DNA of 64,000 bases from an uncultured candidate division Zixibacteria bacterium. Lineage in GTDB: Bacteria > Zixibacteria > MSB-5A5 > GN15 > FEB-12. Under the pieces are notes generated by a model. It saw only the letters and a list, made by a program, of their open reading frames with translations. It was not told where the DNA came from and did no database searches. Every line of letters starts with the position of its first letter. Within the stretch, counting starts at the first letter, position 1. Below are positions 54,779 to 64,000 of the stretch, one piece after another. The stretch is taken from positions 341,469-405,468 of the forward strand of contig CAVPPI010000004.1 in NCBI GenBank assembly GCA_963707365.1, in the 5' to 3' direction. A program made the position numbers and the translations under genes.

Positions 54779-56104
54779 ATGACAACTTCGACCTCATCAC
54801 CGCCGCAACAACCGGGCGGGCAGTCATTCTTTGGCGCTATCAAGGCAGGCGCTGTTGAATACCTGTCTCACATAAAGCTATTTTCCCGCAACGCCCGTTT
54901 GTATCTGCTCGGCTCTTTTTTGATGGGAGTCAATTTCCACGTTTTTCAACTGTTGCTCAACCTGTATCTCAAGGAACTTGGCTTCAATGAAGGGCAGATT
55001 GGTTATGTCGTTTCTTCGCGAGCTATAGGGATGACACTGATAGCCATCCCGGCTGCTATACTGATGAGCCGGGTGAGGTTGAAACCACTGCTGTTGGTAA
55101 GTTGTGTTCTGTTCGCGGGCTTCAGTTTCTTCATCGCTACCTACCAGACTTTCATCTTGCTGGTAGGGTTCTCGATCCTCAGTGGCATGGCTTTTTCATT
55201 TTATCGTGTGGCTGCCGCACCGTTTTATATGCGGAATTCCACGCCTATAGAACGCACTCACCTGTTTTCGTTTTCATTCGGTATGATGCTGCTTGCCGGG
55301 ATGGCGGGTTCGATAGGTTCGGGCAAAATGGTTATGATTCTTAGCGATGTCACCGGCGACATTATTCTCGGCTATCAGATAACTCTCTATATCGGTATCG
55401 CTGCGGCTCTACTGGCTCTGATACCGTTTTTTCTCATAAAGTCTTCGAGGCCTTCCGCTGAGGAAAACAAAATCTACGTTTCGTGGAGTCAGTTGAAAGA
55501 GCGCGGGACGTTTTATTTCAAAATCACAATCTGCAATTTTATCATTGGAGCCGGGGCCGGGCTGATTATCCCATTTCTAAATCTCTATTTCAGGGATCGC
55601 TTCAATCTGGCGCCGGACACTATCGGCCTATACTACTTCGTGGTACAGCTTTCGATGTTGATCGGGTCGCTGTCGGGCCCACTGCTCGTAAAACGTTTCG
55701 GTCTGGTCAGGACAGTTGTTATCACACAGATTGTGTCCATACCGTTCATGGTGATTCTCTCTTATAGCTACTTTTTGCCGCTGGCCTTTGTGGCTTTTGT
55801 GTTCAGGGGAGGACTCATGAATCTGGGCATACCGATAGTCACGAATTTCGGAATGGAAATGTCACAGAAGAAGGAACAGGGGCTGGTCAATGCCCTGCTT
55901 CAGGTTGCCTGGACATCATCGTGGATGATATCTGCCGCTATCGGAGGCAGTCTGATAGAAACTTATGGCTACACCGTTACGATGAATATAACCATCGTGC
56001 TTTACGTTATATCGACTATCCTGTTTTTCAGCTTCTTCCGTAACTCCGAAGCAAAGGGCGATAGCGCTGTGGGATGGGTACTGGCCCGCGATAATGCCTC
56101 ATAG
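54779..56104 (+). CDS. MFS transporter
   Basis: 441 aa with 12 hydrophobic helices in a 6+6 arrangement. Confidence 0.8.
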   Translation: MTTSTSSPPQQPGGQSFFGAIKAGAVEYLSHIKLFSRNARLYLLGSFLMGVNFHVFQLLLNLYLKELGFNEGQIGYVVSSRAIGMTLIAIPAAILMSRVRLKPLLLVSCVLFAGFSFFIATYQTFILLVGFSILSGMAFSFYRVAAAPFYMRNSTPIERTHLFSFSFGMMLLAGMAGSIGSGKMVMILSDVTGDIILGYQITLYIGIAAALLALIPFFLIKSSRPSAEENKIYVSWSQLKERGTFYFKITICNFIIGAGAGLIIPFLNLYFRDRFNLAPDTIGLYYFVVQLSMLIGSLSGPLLVKRFGLVRTVVITQIVSIPFMVILSYSYFLPLAFVAFVFRGGLMNLGIPIVTNFGMEMSQKKEQGLVNALLQVAWTSSWMISAAIGGSLIETYGYTVTMNITIVLYVISTILFFSFFRNSEAKGDSAVGWVLARDNAS

Positions 56105-56218
56105 ACCCGCACAAAGCGATTAATCGGACTGAACTTGCTGATAATTCTGGACTTGACGGATAAAACTGTTATTTTTAGCCTTCTTGGTGATTTGATTTAA
56201 GCTTCAATGATATAGCGA

Positions 56219-58030
56219 ATGAGCAAGAATAAATACAAAGAGAAGTTTGCCATTGCCACCAGTGAGGCATTTCGGAAGGAATATCCCGAGAAGTATGCTG
56301 AACTGGGGGAGCAGAGTGTTTTTAGCTGGGATTTCATCTATAACAATCTGGAAAAGCCCAAAGACCCGACCATGGGGCGTTTTGCCCTTCCGGTTTTCAA
56401 ATACGCCGGTTCTCTGAAAGACAAGCCGCAGCATATAGCCGCCCAAATAGCAGAGTCGGCCAACAAGATTCTCGAGAGCACCGGAGACGGTGGCATTGTA
56501 ACGACGTTGGCCACGGGTGGGTTTATCAATGCCAGAACCGATTTCGCCCTTGAAGGCGGCGAGACTCTTCGCAATGTAATCAATCAGGATACGGCTTATG
56601 GCTCGTCAGATGACGGTCAGGGTCGCACAGTGCTCGTGGAGTACTGCTCGGCCAATATAGCTAAGCCGTTTGGTATTGGCCACTTACGTACGACTATCTT
56701 AGGCAATGCTTTAAGGCGAATATTTCTGAAGCTGGGCTATGATGCGGTCGGAATTAACTATGTTGGTGACTGGGGCACTCAGTTCGGCAAAATGATTGTA
56801 GCATACCAGAAGTGGGGCGGGGATCTGCAGGAGGGGCAAGAAACCGTTTCCGATCTGCTTGGTCTGTACGTTCGGTTTCACGAGGAAGAACAAACGGATA
56901 CATCACTTAATGACGCTGCACGGGAAGCATTCAAGAATCTTGAACAAGGCAAGCCGGAAGAAACGGCTCTGTGGGAGCGGTTCAGGCAGGTTTCCCTTGC
57001 GGAATGGCAGCGCGTGTTTGACATAATGGGGATAGAATTCGACTGGACGACCGGTGAGGCCTTTCTCAACGATAAGATTGAACCGGTTATACAGCGTCTT
57101 CGCACTGCCGGCCTGACATCGATCTCCGATGGGGCACTCATTGTCGATTTGCACGACCCACAGCTACCGCCGTGTTTGTTGCGTAAAGCTGATGGGGCTA
57201 CACTGTATGCCACCAGAGATATTGCAGGATTGCTGTATCGTGCGGGTAAATATGATTTTCAGGAAGCTCTCTATGTTGTAGCTTCGGCTCAGTCGGACCA
57301 TTTCAAACAAGTCTTCAAGGTTGTCGAGATGCTCGAACAGGCTGAAGATGTGCCGGAGACGGAGCGCGTATCTCCGCGGGCAAAACATGTTGATTTCGGC
57401 TGGGTGAAGTTTGGCGATAAGACCATGTCAACCCGGCGCGGCAATATCGTTCTTCTTGAGGATGTGGTAAACCAGGCTGTTGAGCTGGCCCGCAGGAAGA
57501 TAGCGGAGAAAAATCCGGACCTGAAAAATATCGACGAAACAGCAATGATGATCGGCGTGGGTGCTGTGATTTTCTCGCAGCTTTCCGTCAGACGCCAGAA
57601 GGATGTCAATTTCGATTGGGACGAGGTCCTCAGTTTTGAGGGGGAGACCGGCCCTTATCTTCAATACACCCACGCGCGTCTGTGTTCATTGATGCGAAAT
57701 TACTCCGGTGAAATAGTTGCCGAAGTAAATGTCAGGTTACTTGATAACGAAGAAGAGAAGAGGGTCGTGGAGCTTGTCGCGGATTTTCCGGATGCTGTCA
57801 GGGATTCGGCCAGAAACTACGAACCCAACTTCATTTCGACTCATCTGTTGAAACTGGCCGGCGCCTTCAACAAGGTGTACCAGCGTAAAGATGAGGCCGG
57901 GAAAATAGACAAGATAATTTCGGATAATGCCGACCTGACAGCGGCCAGGATGGCTCTGGTCAAATCGGTTCAGCTCGTTATCAGGGAAGGTCTTTACCTG
58001 TTAGGGCTGAAAGCTCCCGAAGAGATGTAG
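56219..58030 (+). CDS. argS: arginine--tRNA ligase
   Basis: ..VEYCSANIAKPFGIGHLRTTILGNAL.. (HIGH region), ..DWGTQFG.., ..MSTRRG.. (KMSK-like), and a C-terminal ..GLKAPEEM. Confidence 0.93.
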   Translation: MSKNKYKEKFAIATSEAFRKEYPEKYAELGEQSVFSWDFIYNNLEKPKDPTMGRFALPVFKYAGSLKDKPQHIAAQIAESANKILESTGDGGIVTTLATGGFINARTDFALEGGETLRNVINQDTAYGSSDDGQGRTVLVEYCSANIAKPFGIGHLRTTILGNALRRIFLKLGYDAVGINYVGDWGTQFGKMIVAYQKWGGDLQEGQETVSDLLGLYVRFHEEEQTDTSLNDAAREAFKNLEQGKPEETALWERFRQVSLAEWQRVFDIMGIEFDWTTGEAFLNDKIEPVIQRLRTAGLTSISDGALIVDLHDPQLPPCLLRKADGATLYATRDIAGLLYRAGKYDFQEALYVVASAQSDHFKQVFKVVEMLEQAEDVPETERVSPRAKHVDFGWVKFGDKTMSTRRGNIVLLEDVVNQAVELARRKIAEKNPDLKNIDETAMMIGVGAVIFSQLSVRRQKDVNFDWDEVLSFEGETGPYLQYTHARLCSLMRNYSGEIVAEVNVRLLDNEEEKRVVELVADFPDAVRDSARNYEPNFISTHLLKLAGAFNKVYQRKDEAGKIDKIISDNADLTAARMALVKSVQLVIREGLYLLGLKAPEEM

Positions 58031-58155
58031 GTCCACAACGTGAGAATAATCGCTTGCGCGGGAATCAGACAGAAAATACCTTACGTTTTTGCGCAGAGAA
58101 GCGCGAAGAATAGGACCCCGGTATTCAAGGCCACGATGCCCACGGAGACTTTCTA

Positions 58156-59169
58156 ATGTTAGTTGTGATGGAAAAGAATGCTACCGACCAGATGGTGGCT
58201 AAAGTATGTATCGTTATCGAATCAATGGGATTGGTGGCGCACCCGATTCCCGGCGCTCAGCGGACGGTGGTCGGGGTTACCGGCAACAAATCCAAGGTCG
58301 ATGCCGACAAGATCTTTGCGCAACCGGGTGTAAAAGACATAATCCATGTCACCCCGCCGTTCAAGCTGGTCAGCCGCGACCACAAACCCGAAACAACCGT
58401 AGTAGAGATCGATGGCGTTCGTATCGGCGGCAAGGAATGCGTCATGATGGCCGGTCCCTGCTCGGTGGAAACCCGTGAACAGTGCCTTGCGATTGCTGAA
58501 GTGGTTTCGAAGGCGGGAGCGAAGGTTTTTCGGGGTGGCGCCTTCAAACCCAGAACATCTCCGTATAGTTTTCAGGGACTGGGGGAGGATGGTCTGAAGA
58601 TTCTGCGTGAAGTTAAGCAGAAATACGGACTGCTCATTGCCACCGAGGCGCTCGACACCGAGACGCTTGACATGGTTGCCGAGTATGCTGATATCATACA
58701 GATTGGCGCGCGTAACATGCAGAATTTCTCGTTGCTGCGCAAAGCAGGACGTTCGCAGAAGCCGGTGTTGCTCAAACGGGGAATGTCGGCTACGTTGGAA
58801 GAGTTTCTCATGGCGGCCGAATATATACTGGCTGAGGGCAACCCTAACGTGATTCTCTGCGAACGCGGCGTGCGGATATCCGCCGATCGCGCCAGAAATA
58901 CGCTCGATCTTTCTGCGATTCCCTTTGTAAAACGGACGAGCCACCTGCCGATTATCGCCGATCCCAGTCACGGGACCGGGCGCAAAGACTATGTCATCCC
59001 GCTCTCTCGGGCGGCGGTGGCGGTTGGGGCCGATGGATTACTGGTTGAAGTCCATAACGATCCGGCCAATGCTCTTTCCGACGGAGCTCAGGCAATTACA
59101 CCGGATATGTTCGGCGACCTCATGGACCAGGTAAAGGCAATTGCGGCTGTACTCGACAGGACCTTTTGA
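58156..59169 (+). CDS. aroF: 3-deoxy-7-phosphoheptulonate (DAHP) synthase, type I-beta with N-terminal regulatory domain
   Basis: An N-terminal ~65-aa ferredoxin/ACT-like domain (MLVVMEKNATDQMVAKV..) as in Thermotoga-type enzymes, then ..MAGPCSVE..GGAFKPRTSPYSFQG.. Confidence 0.9.
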   Translation: MLVVMEKNATDQMVAKVCIVIESMGLVAHPIPGAQRTVVGVTGNKSKVDADKIFAQPGVKDIIHVTPPFKLVSRDHKPETTVVEIDGVRIGGKECVMMAGPCSVETREQCLAIAEVVSKAGAKVFRGGAFKPRTSPYSFQGLGEDGLKILREVKQKYGLLIATEALDTETLDMVAEYADIIQIGARNMQNFSLLRKAGRSQKPVLLKRGMSATLEEFLMAAEYILAEGNPNVILCERGVRISADRARNTLDLSAIPFVKRTSHLPIIADPSHGTGRKDYVIPLSRAAVAVGADGLLVEVHNDPANALSDGAQAITPDMFGDLMDQVKAIAAVLDRTF

Positions 59170-60512
59170 TGCCCAGAGAGCTTCACCCGACAAAAAAATA
59201 TGGCGGCACGATAACTGTTCCCGGCGACAAGTCTATAGGTCATCGTGCGGCGCTTTTTTCGATTCTATCCAAAGGCGAAATTACAGTTGTCAATTTCCCG
59301 CGCAATGCCGATTGTCTCAAGTCTCTTGCCGCAGCTGAAGCTTTTGGTGTTACGGTTAGCGAGCAGGGTGGGTCTTTGAGGCTTACGCCACCGGAGAAAC
59401 CCTGTGTTGCGCCGGATGCAATCATCGACTGCGGCAATTCTGCGACTACGGCGCGCCTTCTGGCCGGTATCATAGCCGGGTCGGAAATGACTGTGACTCT
59501 TGCCGGCGATGAATCATTGTCCAAACGGCCAATGGCCAGAGTAATCGAACCTCTCACAGCTATGGGTGCCGAGTTTTTCGCTCAGGACAATAAACTTCCG
59601 GTAAAAATAAGCGGCAAGAAACTGCTTCCGTTCGAATATCAGATGCCGCTGCCATCGGCGCAGGTGAAATCCGCTATTTTGCTTGCCGGACTGGCCTCAT
59701 CTTGCTCGATTGTTGTGCGTGAAGAATTTGTCACGCGCGACCACACGGAGATAATGCTGACGGAAATTGGCGAGGGAGTCACCAGAAGAGAAATCAAGCC
59801 GGTTATGGTTCAGGACGAGGTTGATCCGAGGAAGAAGAAAATGCAGATGCCCGAGCCTTTCAAGAACGAAATCAGCATCAATTCTCAGGCGCGAATAAAC
59901 GGCGGCATAATAGACATTCCCGGAGATTTCTCAACGGCAGCCTTTTTCATGGCCGGTGCGGCGATATCCAAAAAGACAATCACAATAGAAAACGTGGGGC
60001 TCAATGCCACACGCTCCGGATTTCTGGATTATTTGAGGGCTATTGGCTGCAAAGTCGAAATTACCGACAGAAGTACGGTTTCCGGCGAGCCCAGAGGAAA
60101 CGTTACGGTAACCGGAGGCGACCTCAAATCGAGAAAAATCTCCGGTGAGTCGACTGCTGAACTCATCGATGAAATTCCGGCGGTCGCTATAGTCGCTGCG
60201 TTCGCGAGCGGTACGACGGTGATTCGCGATGCGGCCGAGCTGCGCGTCAAGGAATCCGATCGACTTGAAGCCATAGCCGAGAATCTGAAGCTTATGGGAG
60301 TCAAGTGCGGGGTGCTTGAGGACGGTCTGGCCATTGAAGGCGGAAGAGAACTTACCGGCGCCGACTTCAAATCGTATGGAGACCATCGAATTGCGATGGC
60401 GTTCTCCGTTGCTTCGCTGTTTCTGGTCGGTCCGTCGAGTATCGATGACCCCGACATCGTTGAAGTCTCCTGTCCCGGCTTCTATAGCTTGCTGGAAAAA
60501 GTAACGGCATGA
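59166..60512 (+). CDS. aroA: 3-phosphoshikimate 1-carboxyvinyltransferase (EPSP synthase)
   Basis: ..VPGDKSIGHRA.., ..CGNSATTARLL.., ..LRVKESDRL.., ..YGDHRIAMAF.. Its ATGA overlaps the aroF stop. Confidence 0.93.
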   Translation: MMPRELHPTKKYGGTITVPGDKSIGHRAALFSILSKGEITVVNFPRNADCLKSLAAAEAFGVTVSEQGGSLRLTPPEKPCVAPDAIIDCGNSATTARLLAGIIAGSEMTVTLAGDESLSKRPMARVIEPLTAMGAEFFAQDNKLPVKISGKKLLPFEYQMPLPSAQVKSAILLAGLASSCSIVVREEFVTRDHTEIMLTEIGEGVTRREIKPVMVQDEVDPRKKKMQMPEPFKNEISINSQARINGGIIDIPGDFSTAAFFMAGAAISKKTITIENVGLNATRSGFLDYLRAIGCKVEITDRSTVSGEPRGNVTVTGGDLKSRKISGESTAELIDEIPAVAIVAAFASGTTVIRDAAELRVKESDRLEAIAENLKLMGVKCGVLEDGLAIEGGRELTGADFKSYGDHRIAMAFSVASLFLVGPSSIDDPDIVEVSCPGFYSLLEKVTA

Positions 60513-61351
60513 AAGAGAAGTATATGTTCGGAGTGGTAGGCTATAACATAGCCTATTCTCTCTCGCCACAGATTTTCAAGGCGATTTCTAAAATCACAGG
60601 GATACCGGGCGCTTTCAAATCGCACGATATCACACCAGCTCGATTTGACATAGATTTCCCTGATGTTATCAAAAGCGGCATTGACGGTTTTTCGGTAACC
60701 ATACCGTTTAAGAACAGGGTGATAGAATATATAGACGAGATCGATGCCTCGGCGGCGGCCGTTGGGGCTGTCAATTCGGTAGGCATAAAAAACGGAAGAG
60801 TGTTTGGTTATAACACCGACAGCCATGGCTTCTCTCTGCCCTTGCGAGCGCACGCTGACAAGCTGCGCAATGGAACTGCTCTCGTATTTGGTGCGGGAGG
60901 GGCGGCTAAGGCTGTGGTTCACTGTCTGGCTACGCAATTTCAGATGAAGCGCATATGTGTTTTTGCCCGCAACGCGGACAGGCTGAAACATTTCAAACAG
61001 TGTGTCGAAAGTCGGATTGATGGTCTCAGGCTCGAAACAGAGTGTATCGATGGGTACAATCCTGCCGCCCTTGAGTCATACGATATTGTCATCAACTGTA
61101 CACCTCTGGGCGGATGGAACCATCCCGACGAATCGCCATTGCCGGAGACCTTCGCCTGGTGTGAGGGGGCGATATATTACGACCTCTCGTACAACGAGAA
61201 CCACAGAATCGTTCGGACAGCATCCGGGAATTCTTTAACGGCCTACGATGGTTCCATAATGTTGGTCGGACAGGCTCTCTGGTCGCTTGAACTCTGGACG
61301 GGTATACAGGTGGAATTTGAGCCCGTCTATAGAGAAGTGTTTCATCGTTAA
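60509..61351 (+). CDS. aroE: shikimate dehydrogenase
   Basis: ..GYNIAYSLSPQIF.., ..FSVTIPFK.., ..GAVNSV.., ..GYNTD.., ..GAGGAAKAV.. It overlaps the aroA stop by 4 nt. Confidence 0.9.
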   Translation: MKEKYMFGVVGYNIAYSLSPQIFKAISKITGIPGAFKSHDITPARFDIDFPDVIKSGIDGFSVTIPFKNRVIEYIDEIDASAAAVGAVNSVGIKNGRVFGYNTDSHGFSLPLRAHADKLRNGTALVFGAGGAAKAVVHCLATQFQMKRICVFARNADRLKHFKQCVESRIDGLRLETECIDGYNPAALESYDIVINCTPLGGWNHPDESPLPETFAWCEGAIYYDLSYNENHRIVRTASGNSLTAYDGSIMLVGQALWSLELWTGIQVEFEPVYREVFHR

Positions 61352-61365
61352 CGAACGGGGGACTG

Positions 61366-61944
61366 ATGCACAGGGCCGGTAACATATTTCTCGTCGGCTT
61401 TTCCGGTTCGGGTAAATCGACTATCGGGCGCAAGCTGGCTCGAAAACTCAATGTGCAGTTTTATGATACAGATGAAATAATCGAGCAAGCCGCCGGGAAA
61501 AGCATCCCGCGCATATTCAGCGAAGACGGGGAAGATGCCTTTCGCCATCTTGAACAACAGGCCATAGAGGGAATTGTCAGACGACGGTTGCACAGCAAGG
61601 TTATCGCTCTCGGGGGTGGTGCTTACCAGAACAAGCTTACACGGAATCTTCTTAACGAATACGGGGTCGTTGTATACTTGAGTTGTTCACAGGAGGAGTT
61701 GCTCAGGCGAATCAGCACGTTGCCGGACCGTCCCAAACTTCATGGGCTGTCGGCGGATGCCTCCAAAACGAGTAAGGCCGTTCTCAGGGAACGGATGAAA
61801 TCTCTGCTGGGGAAACGTATCAAACACTACCGGGCAGCTCATCTCACGTTTTCGACGAGTGGCAAAGACGCAGATAAGTCGGCTGTCCAGCTAAGAGCAA
61901 GGTTAGCGCACTATTATGCCCGAAGTAAAAGTAAATCCGGGTAA
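61366..61944 (+). CDS. aroK: shikimate kinase
   Basis: P-loop GFSGSGKSTIGRKLA, ..FYDTDEIIE.., ..FRHLEQQA.. Confidence 0.88.
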   Translation: MHRAGNIFLVGFSGSGKSTIGRKLARKLNVQFYDTDEIIEQAAGKSIPRIFSEDGEDAFRHLEQQAIEGIVRRRLHSKVIALGGGAYQNKLTRNLLNEYGVVVYLSCSQEELLRRISTLPDRPKLHGLSADASKTSKAVLRERMKSLLGKRIKHYRAAHLTFSTSGKDADKSAVQLRARLAHYYARSKSKSG

Positions 61945-63028
61945 ACGAAGCTATCCGATTGTCATCGGGTCACAGATTGACGCCAAACTGCCGACGAGGC
62001 TACGCAGGCTTGTCGGTGGCGGACGACTGTTTGTATTCTACGATGCCAACTTCTACGCGCTTCACGGAGCCAAGCTACAAAAATCGTTAGCCAAGACTTT
62101 CACTACAGTCGAATTCGTGCTTCCATCGGGGGAGCGGTACAAATCGCAAAGGCACCTCGGCAGGATTCATGACTTCCTGCTTTCCGAAAAGATATCCCGC
62201 ACCGACTTCATCCTGGCGTGCGGGGGAGGGGTGACCAGCGACCTGGTCGGCTTTGCAGCCTCGTCTACTCTGCGGGGCATACGGTGGGGTGTTGTTTCAA
62301 CGACGCTTTTGGGAATGGTCGACGCTGCCATAGGCGGAAAGACGGGTATCAATCATGTGATGGGAAAGAATCTGATAGGCGCCTACTGGCAACCATCTAT
62401 TGTATGGTGCGATACGACCTATCTGATGACTCTGACTGAGCGGGAGATAGTCTGCGGACTTGGTGAGGTGCTCAAATACGGCGGACTTCTGGGCAAACCA
62501 ATGCTCGACTTGCTACACGATTATAGAAATAGCGGTGACAGCTACAATCAGAAGCGACTGCAGCGGATAATCTCCCTTTCGGCGAAGTACAAGGCGCAAA
62601 TTGTCTCTGCTGATGAGACCGAGAAGGGAAAGAGGATGGTTCTCAATTTTGGCCATACATTTTCGCACGCTATAGAGTCAGCGATTGGATTCGGAAAGCT
62701 GACCCATGGAGAGGCGCTAATTATTGGTCTGAAAGCCGCTATAGAACTGAGCAAGCGGGTGTACTCAGGCCAGATAAAGGCGTTGGTCAGGTATGATGAA
62801 ATCGTTACGGATTTTCTTCACTCTGTAAGACGCCGTAAAATAGCAGCCGACGACGTAATGCTGGCTATGCAAATTGATAAAAAACGTCGCGGGCACGCTG
62901 CAAAATTCATCTTGCTTGAGAAACCGGGAAGGCCTATCATTGCGGAAGGAATAAACAGGGATCTGGTAAATAAATCACTGATATCAGCTCTTGAGGTTTA
63001 CAGGCTTTTCGGAGGACGCAATGCCTAA
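61916..63028 (+). CDS. aroB: 3-dehydroquinate synthase
   Basis: ..GERYKS.., ..GGGVTSDLVGFAAS.., ..VDAAIGGKTGIN.., ..LNFGHTFSHAIE.. It overlaps aroK by 29 nt. Confidence 0.92.
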   Translation: MPEVKVNPGKRSYPIVIGSQIDAKLPTRLRRLVGGGRLFVFYDANFYALHGAKLQKSLAKTFTTVEFVLPSGERYKSQRHLGRIHDFLLSEKISRTDFILACGGGVTSDLVGFAASSTLRGIRWGVVSTTLLGMVDAAIGGKTGINHVMGKNLIGAYWQPSIVWCDTTYLMTLTEREIVCGLGEVLKYGGLLGKPMLDLLHDYRNSGDSYNQKRLQRIISLSAKYKAQIVSADETEKGKRMVLNFGHTFSHAIESAIGFGKLTHGEALIIGLKAAIELSKRVYSGQIKALVRYDEIVTDFLHSVRRRKIAADDVMLAMQIDKKRRGHAAKFILLEKPGRPIIAEGINRDLVNKSLISALEVYRLFGGRNA

Positions 63029-63461
63029 AATTCTTGTGGTTAACGGGCCGAATTTGAATCTACTGGGAAAAAGAGAGCCGGAGATATATGGTTCCCGCAG
63101 CCTTGAAGACCTCAACGAGAAGCTGGCAATGTTGGCTGCCGACCTCAAGGTTGAACTGGATTTCTTTCAATCCAATTCCGAATCGGAACTTATAGATTTT
63201 ATACATAGCAAGGGCTTCAACGCCGATGGTATGATCATCAACCCCGGGGCATTCAGCCATTATAGCCTCGCCTTGCGCGATGCTATCGCTGCGGTTGGTA
63301 TCGACACAATCGAAGTCCATTTGTCCAATATTTACAGTCGGGAAGAGTTTCGTCAGAAATCGGTAATTGCACCGGTCTGTATAGGTCATTTAGCCGGTTT
63401 CGGATTTTACGGCTATGCTATGGCTCTGTCCTTTTTTAGTGACCTGTCGAAAGGGGAATAG
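63021..63461 (+). CDS. aroQ: type II 3-dehydroquinate dehydratase
   Basis: MPKILVVNGPNLNLLGKREPEIYG.., ..INPGAFSHYS.., ..EVHLSNIYSREEFR.. Start moved to ATG 63021 (GGAGGA SD at 63011). Confidence 0.92.
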   Translation: MPKILVVNGPNLNLLGKREPEIYGSRSLEDLNEKLAMLAADLKVELDFFQSNSESELIDFIHSKGFNADGMIINPGAFSHYSLALRDAIAAVGIDTIEVHLSNIYSREEFRQKSVIAPVCIGHLAGFGFYGYAMALSFFSDLSKGE

Positions 63462-63464
63462 ACC

Positions 63465-64000
63465 ATGAGAACAATACGGTTTTTCGTTATAGCTGTTTGT
63501 ATCGGCCTTGTCAGCCTGGCTTCGTGTACTCAGGAGCCGTTGACAGAAGAGACGCTGGTGACAACACTGGATTCGCTTGAGCATAAGTTCGAATGGCTCG
63601 ATTATCGAATGGCGCTCGCCATGTGGGAGTTGTATACAACCGGAGAGTCTGATTCGCTGCAGTATTATCAGGATATCTACGGAACCGTTGTCTCTGATCC
63701 CGAGGTTTATCAGCAACTCAGCGCCGGTGGCGCTCTTTTGAGCGATGAGCTCGATCAGAGAAGGCGGGATGTTCTATTTGGTCTGGTTCTGACAGGCAAG
63801 GTAGAGACCGACCGCGATATCAATCTGTTGCGGGACTCGCTGGGAGTGATCCACGTCAATCACCGGGCGGAGTTTGAGGGTTCGGAGCGAAGCGCCAGTT
63901 ACCTGTACAATACATATCGTAGCGACCCCGGTCGGACGCGTCGTGAGCTTGCTTACCGGGCATGGTGCTCTGTTGGCGACGAATTGGACGAGCCGCTCGG
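63465..64000 (+). CDS. lipoprotein, N-terminal part; possibly an M2 (ACE-like) metallopeptidase; runs off the window end
   Basis: Absent from the ORF track because it has no stop in the window. ATG 63465 opens MRTIRFFVIAVCIGLVSLASC (lipobox). ..ALAMWELYTTGE.. and ..RRELAYRAWCSVGDEL.. resemble the N-terminal helices of M2 peptidases. The catalytic region is outside the window. Confidence 0.4.
   Translation, partial: MRTIRFFVIAVCIGLVSLASCTQEPLTEETLVTTLDSLEHKFEWLDYRMALAMWELYTTGESDSLQYYQDIYGTVVSDPEVYQQLSAGGALLSDELDQRRRDVLFGLVLTGKVETDRDINLLRDSLGVIHVNHRAEFEGSERSASYLYNTYRSDPGRTRRELAYRAWCSVGDELDEPL

Overview
A 64-kb stretch of bacterial chromosome, roughly 50-58% G+C by eye, probably from an uncultivated Gram-negative lineage. 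The clues are GWxTD, DUF1573, CarboxypepD_reg-type TonB receptor and PEGA/TPR proteins, but the taxon is only an inference. I support about 60 protein-coding genes and four tRNAs (Phe-GAA, Tyr-GTA, Leu-TAA, Thr-CGT). I found no rRNA, CRISPR array, transposase or integrase. Housekeeping content: hisS, argS, glnA, a six-gene shikimate operon (aroF-aroA-aroE-aroK-aroB-aroQ), an rml (dTDP-rhamnose) cassette, a membrane pyrophosphatase, and a trehalose operon (otsA, otsB, treT plus an unknown gene). Envelope content: a TolC/adaptor/MacB-type ABC pump with two permeases, two tandem GWxTD proteins, DUF1573 proteins, a TonB-dependent receptor, and MATE and MFS transporters. Items most worth a second look: (1) a compact three-gene porin-cytochrome module at 41.4-45.1 kb (MtrA-like decahaem, cysteine-free barrel, small lipoprotein cytochrome) with tandem palindromes upstream; (2) a 520-nt non-coding, helix-rich gap upstream of an orphan ECF sigma factor; (3) a DapF homologue with both catalytic Cys positions reading Ser; (4) an internally duplicated unknown protein translationally coupled to treT; (5) seven reading-frame breaks in otherwise intact genes, which are either assembly indels or gene decay and affect how the rest is read.
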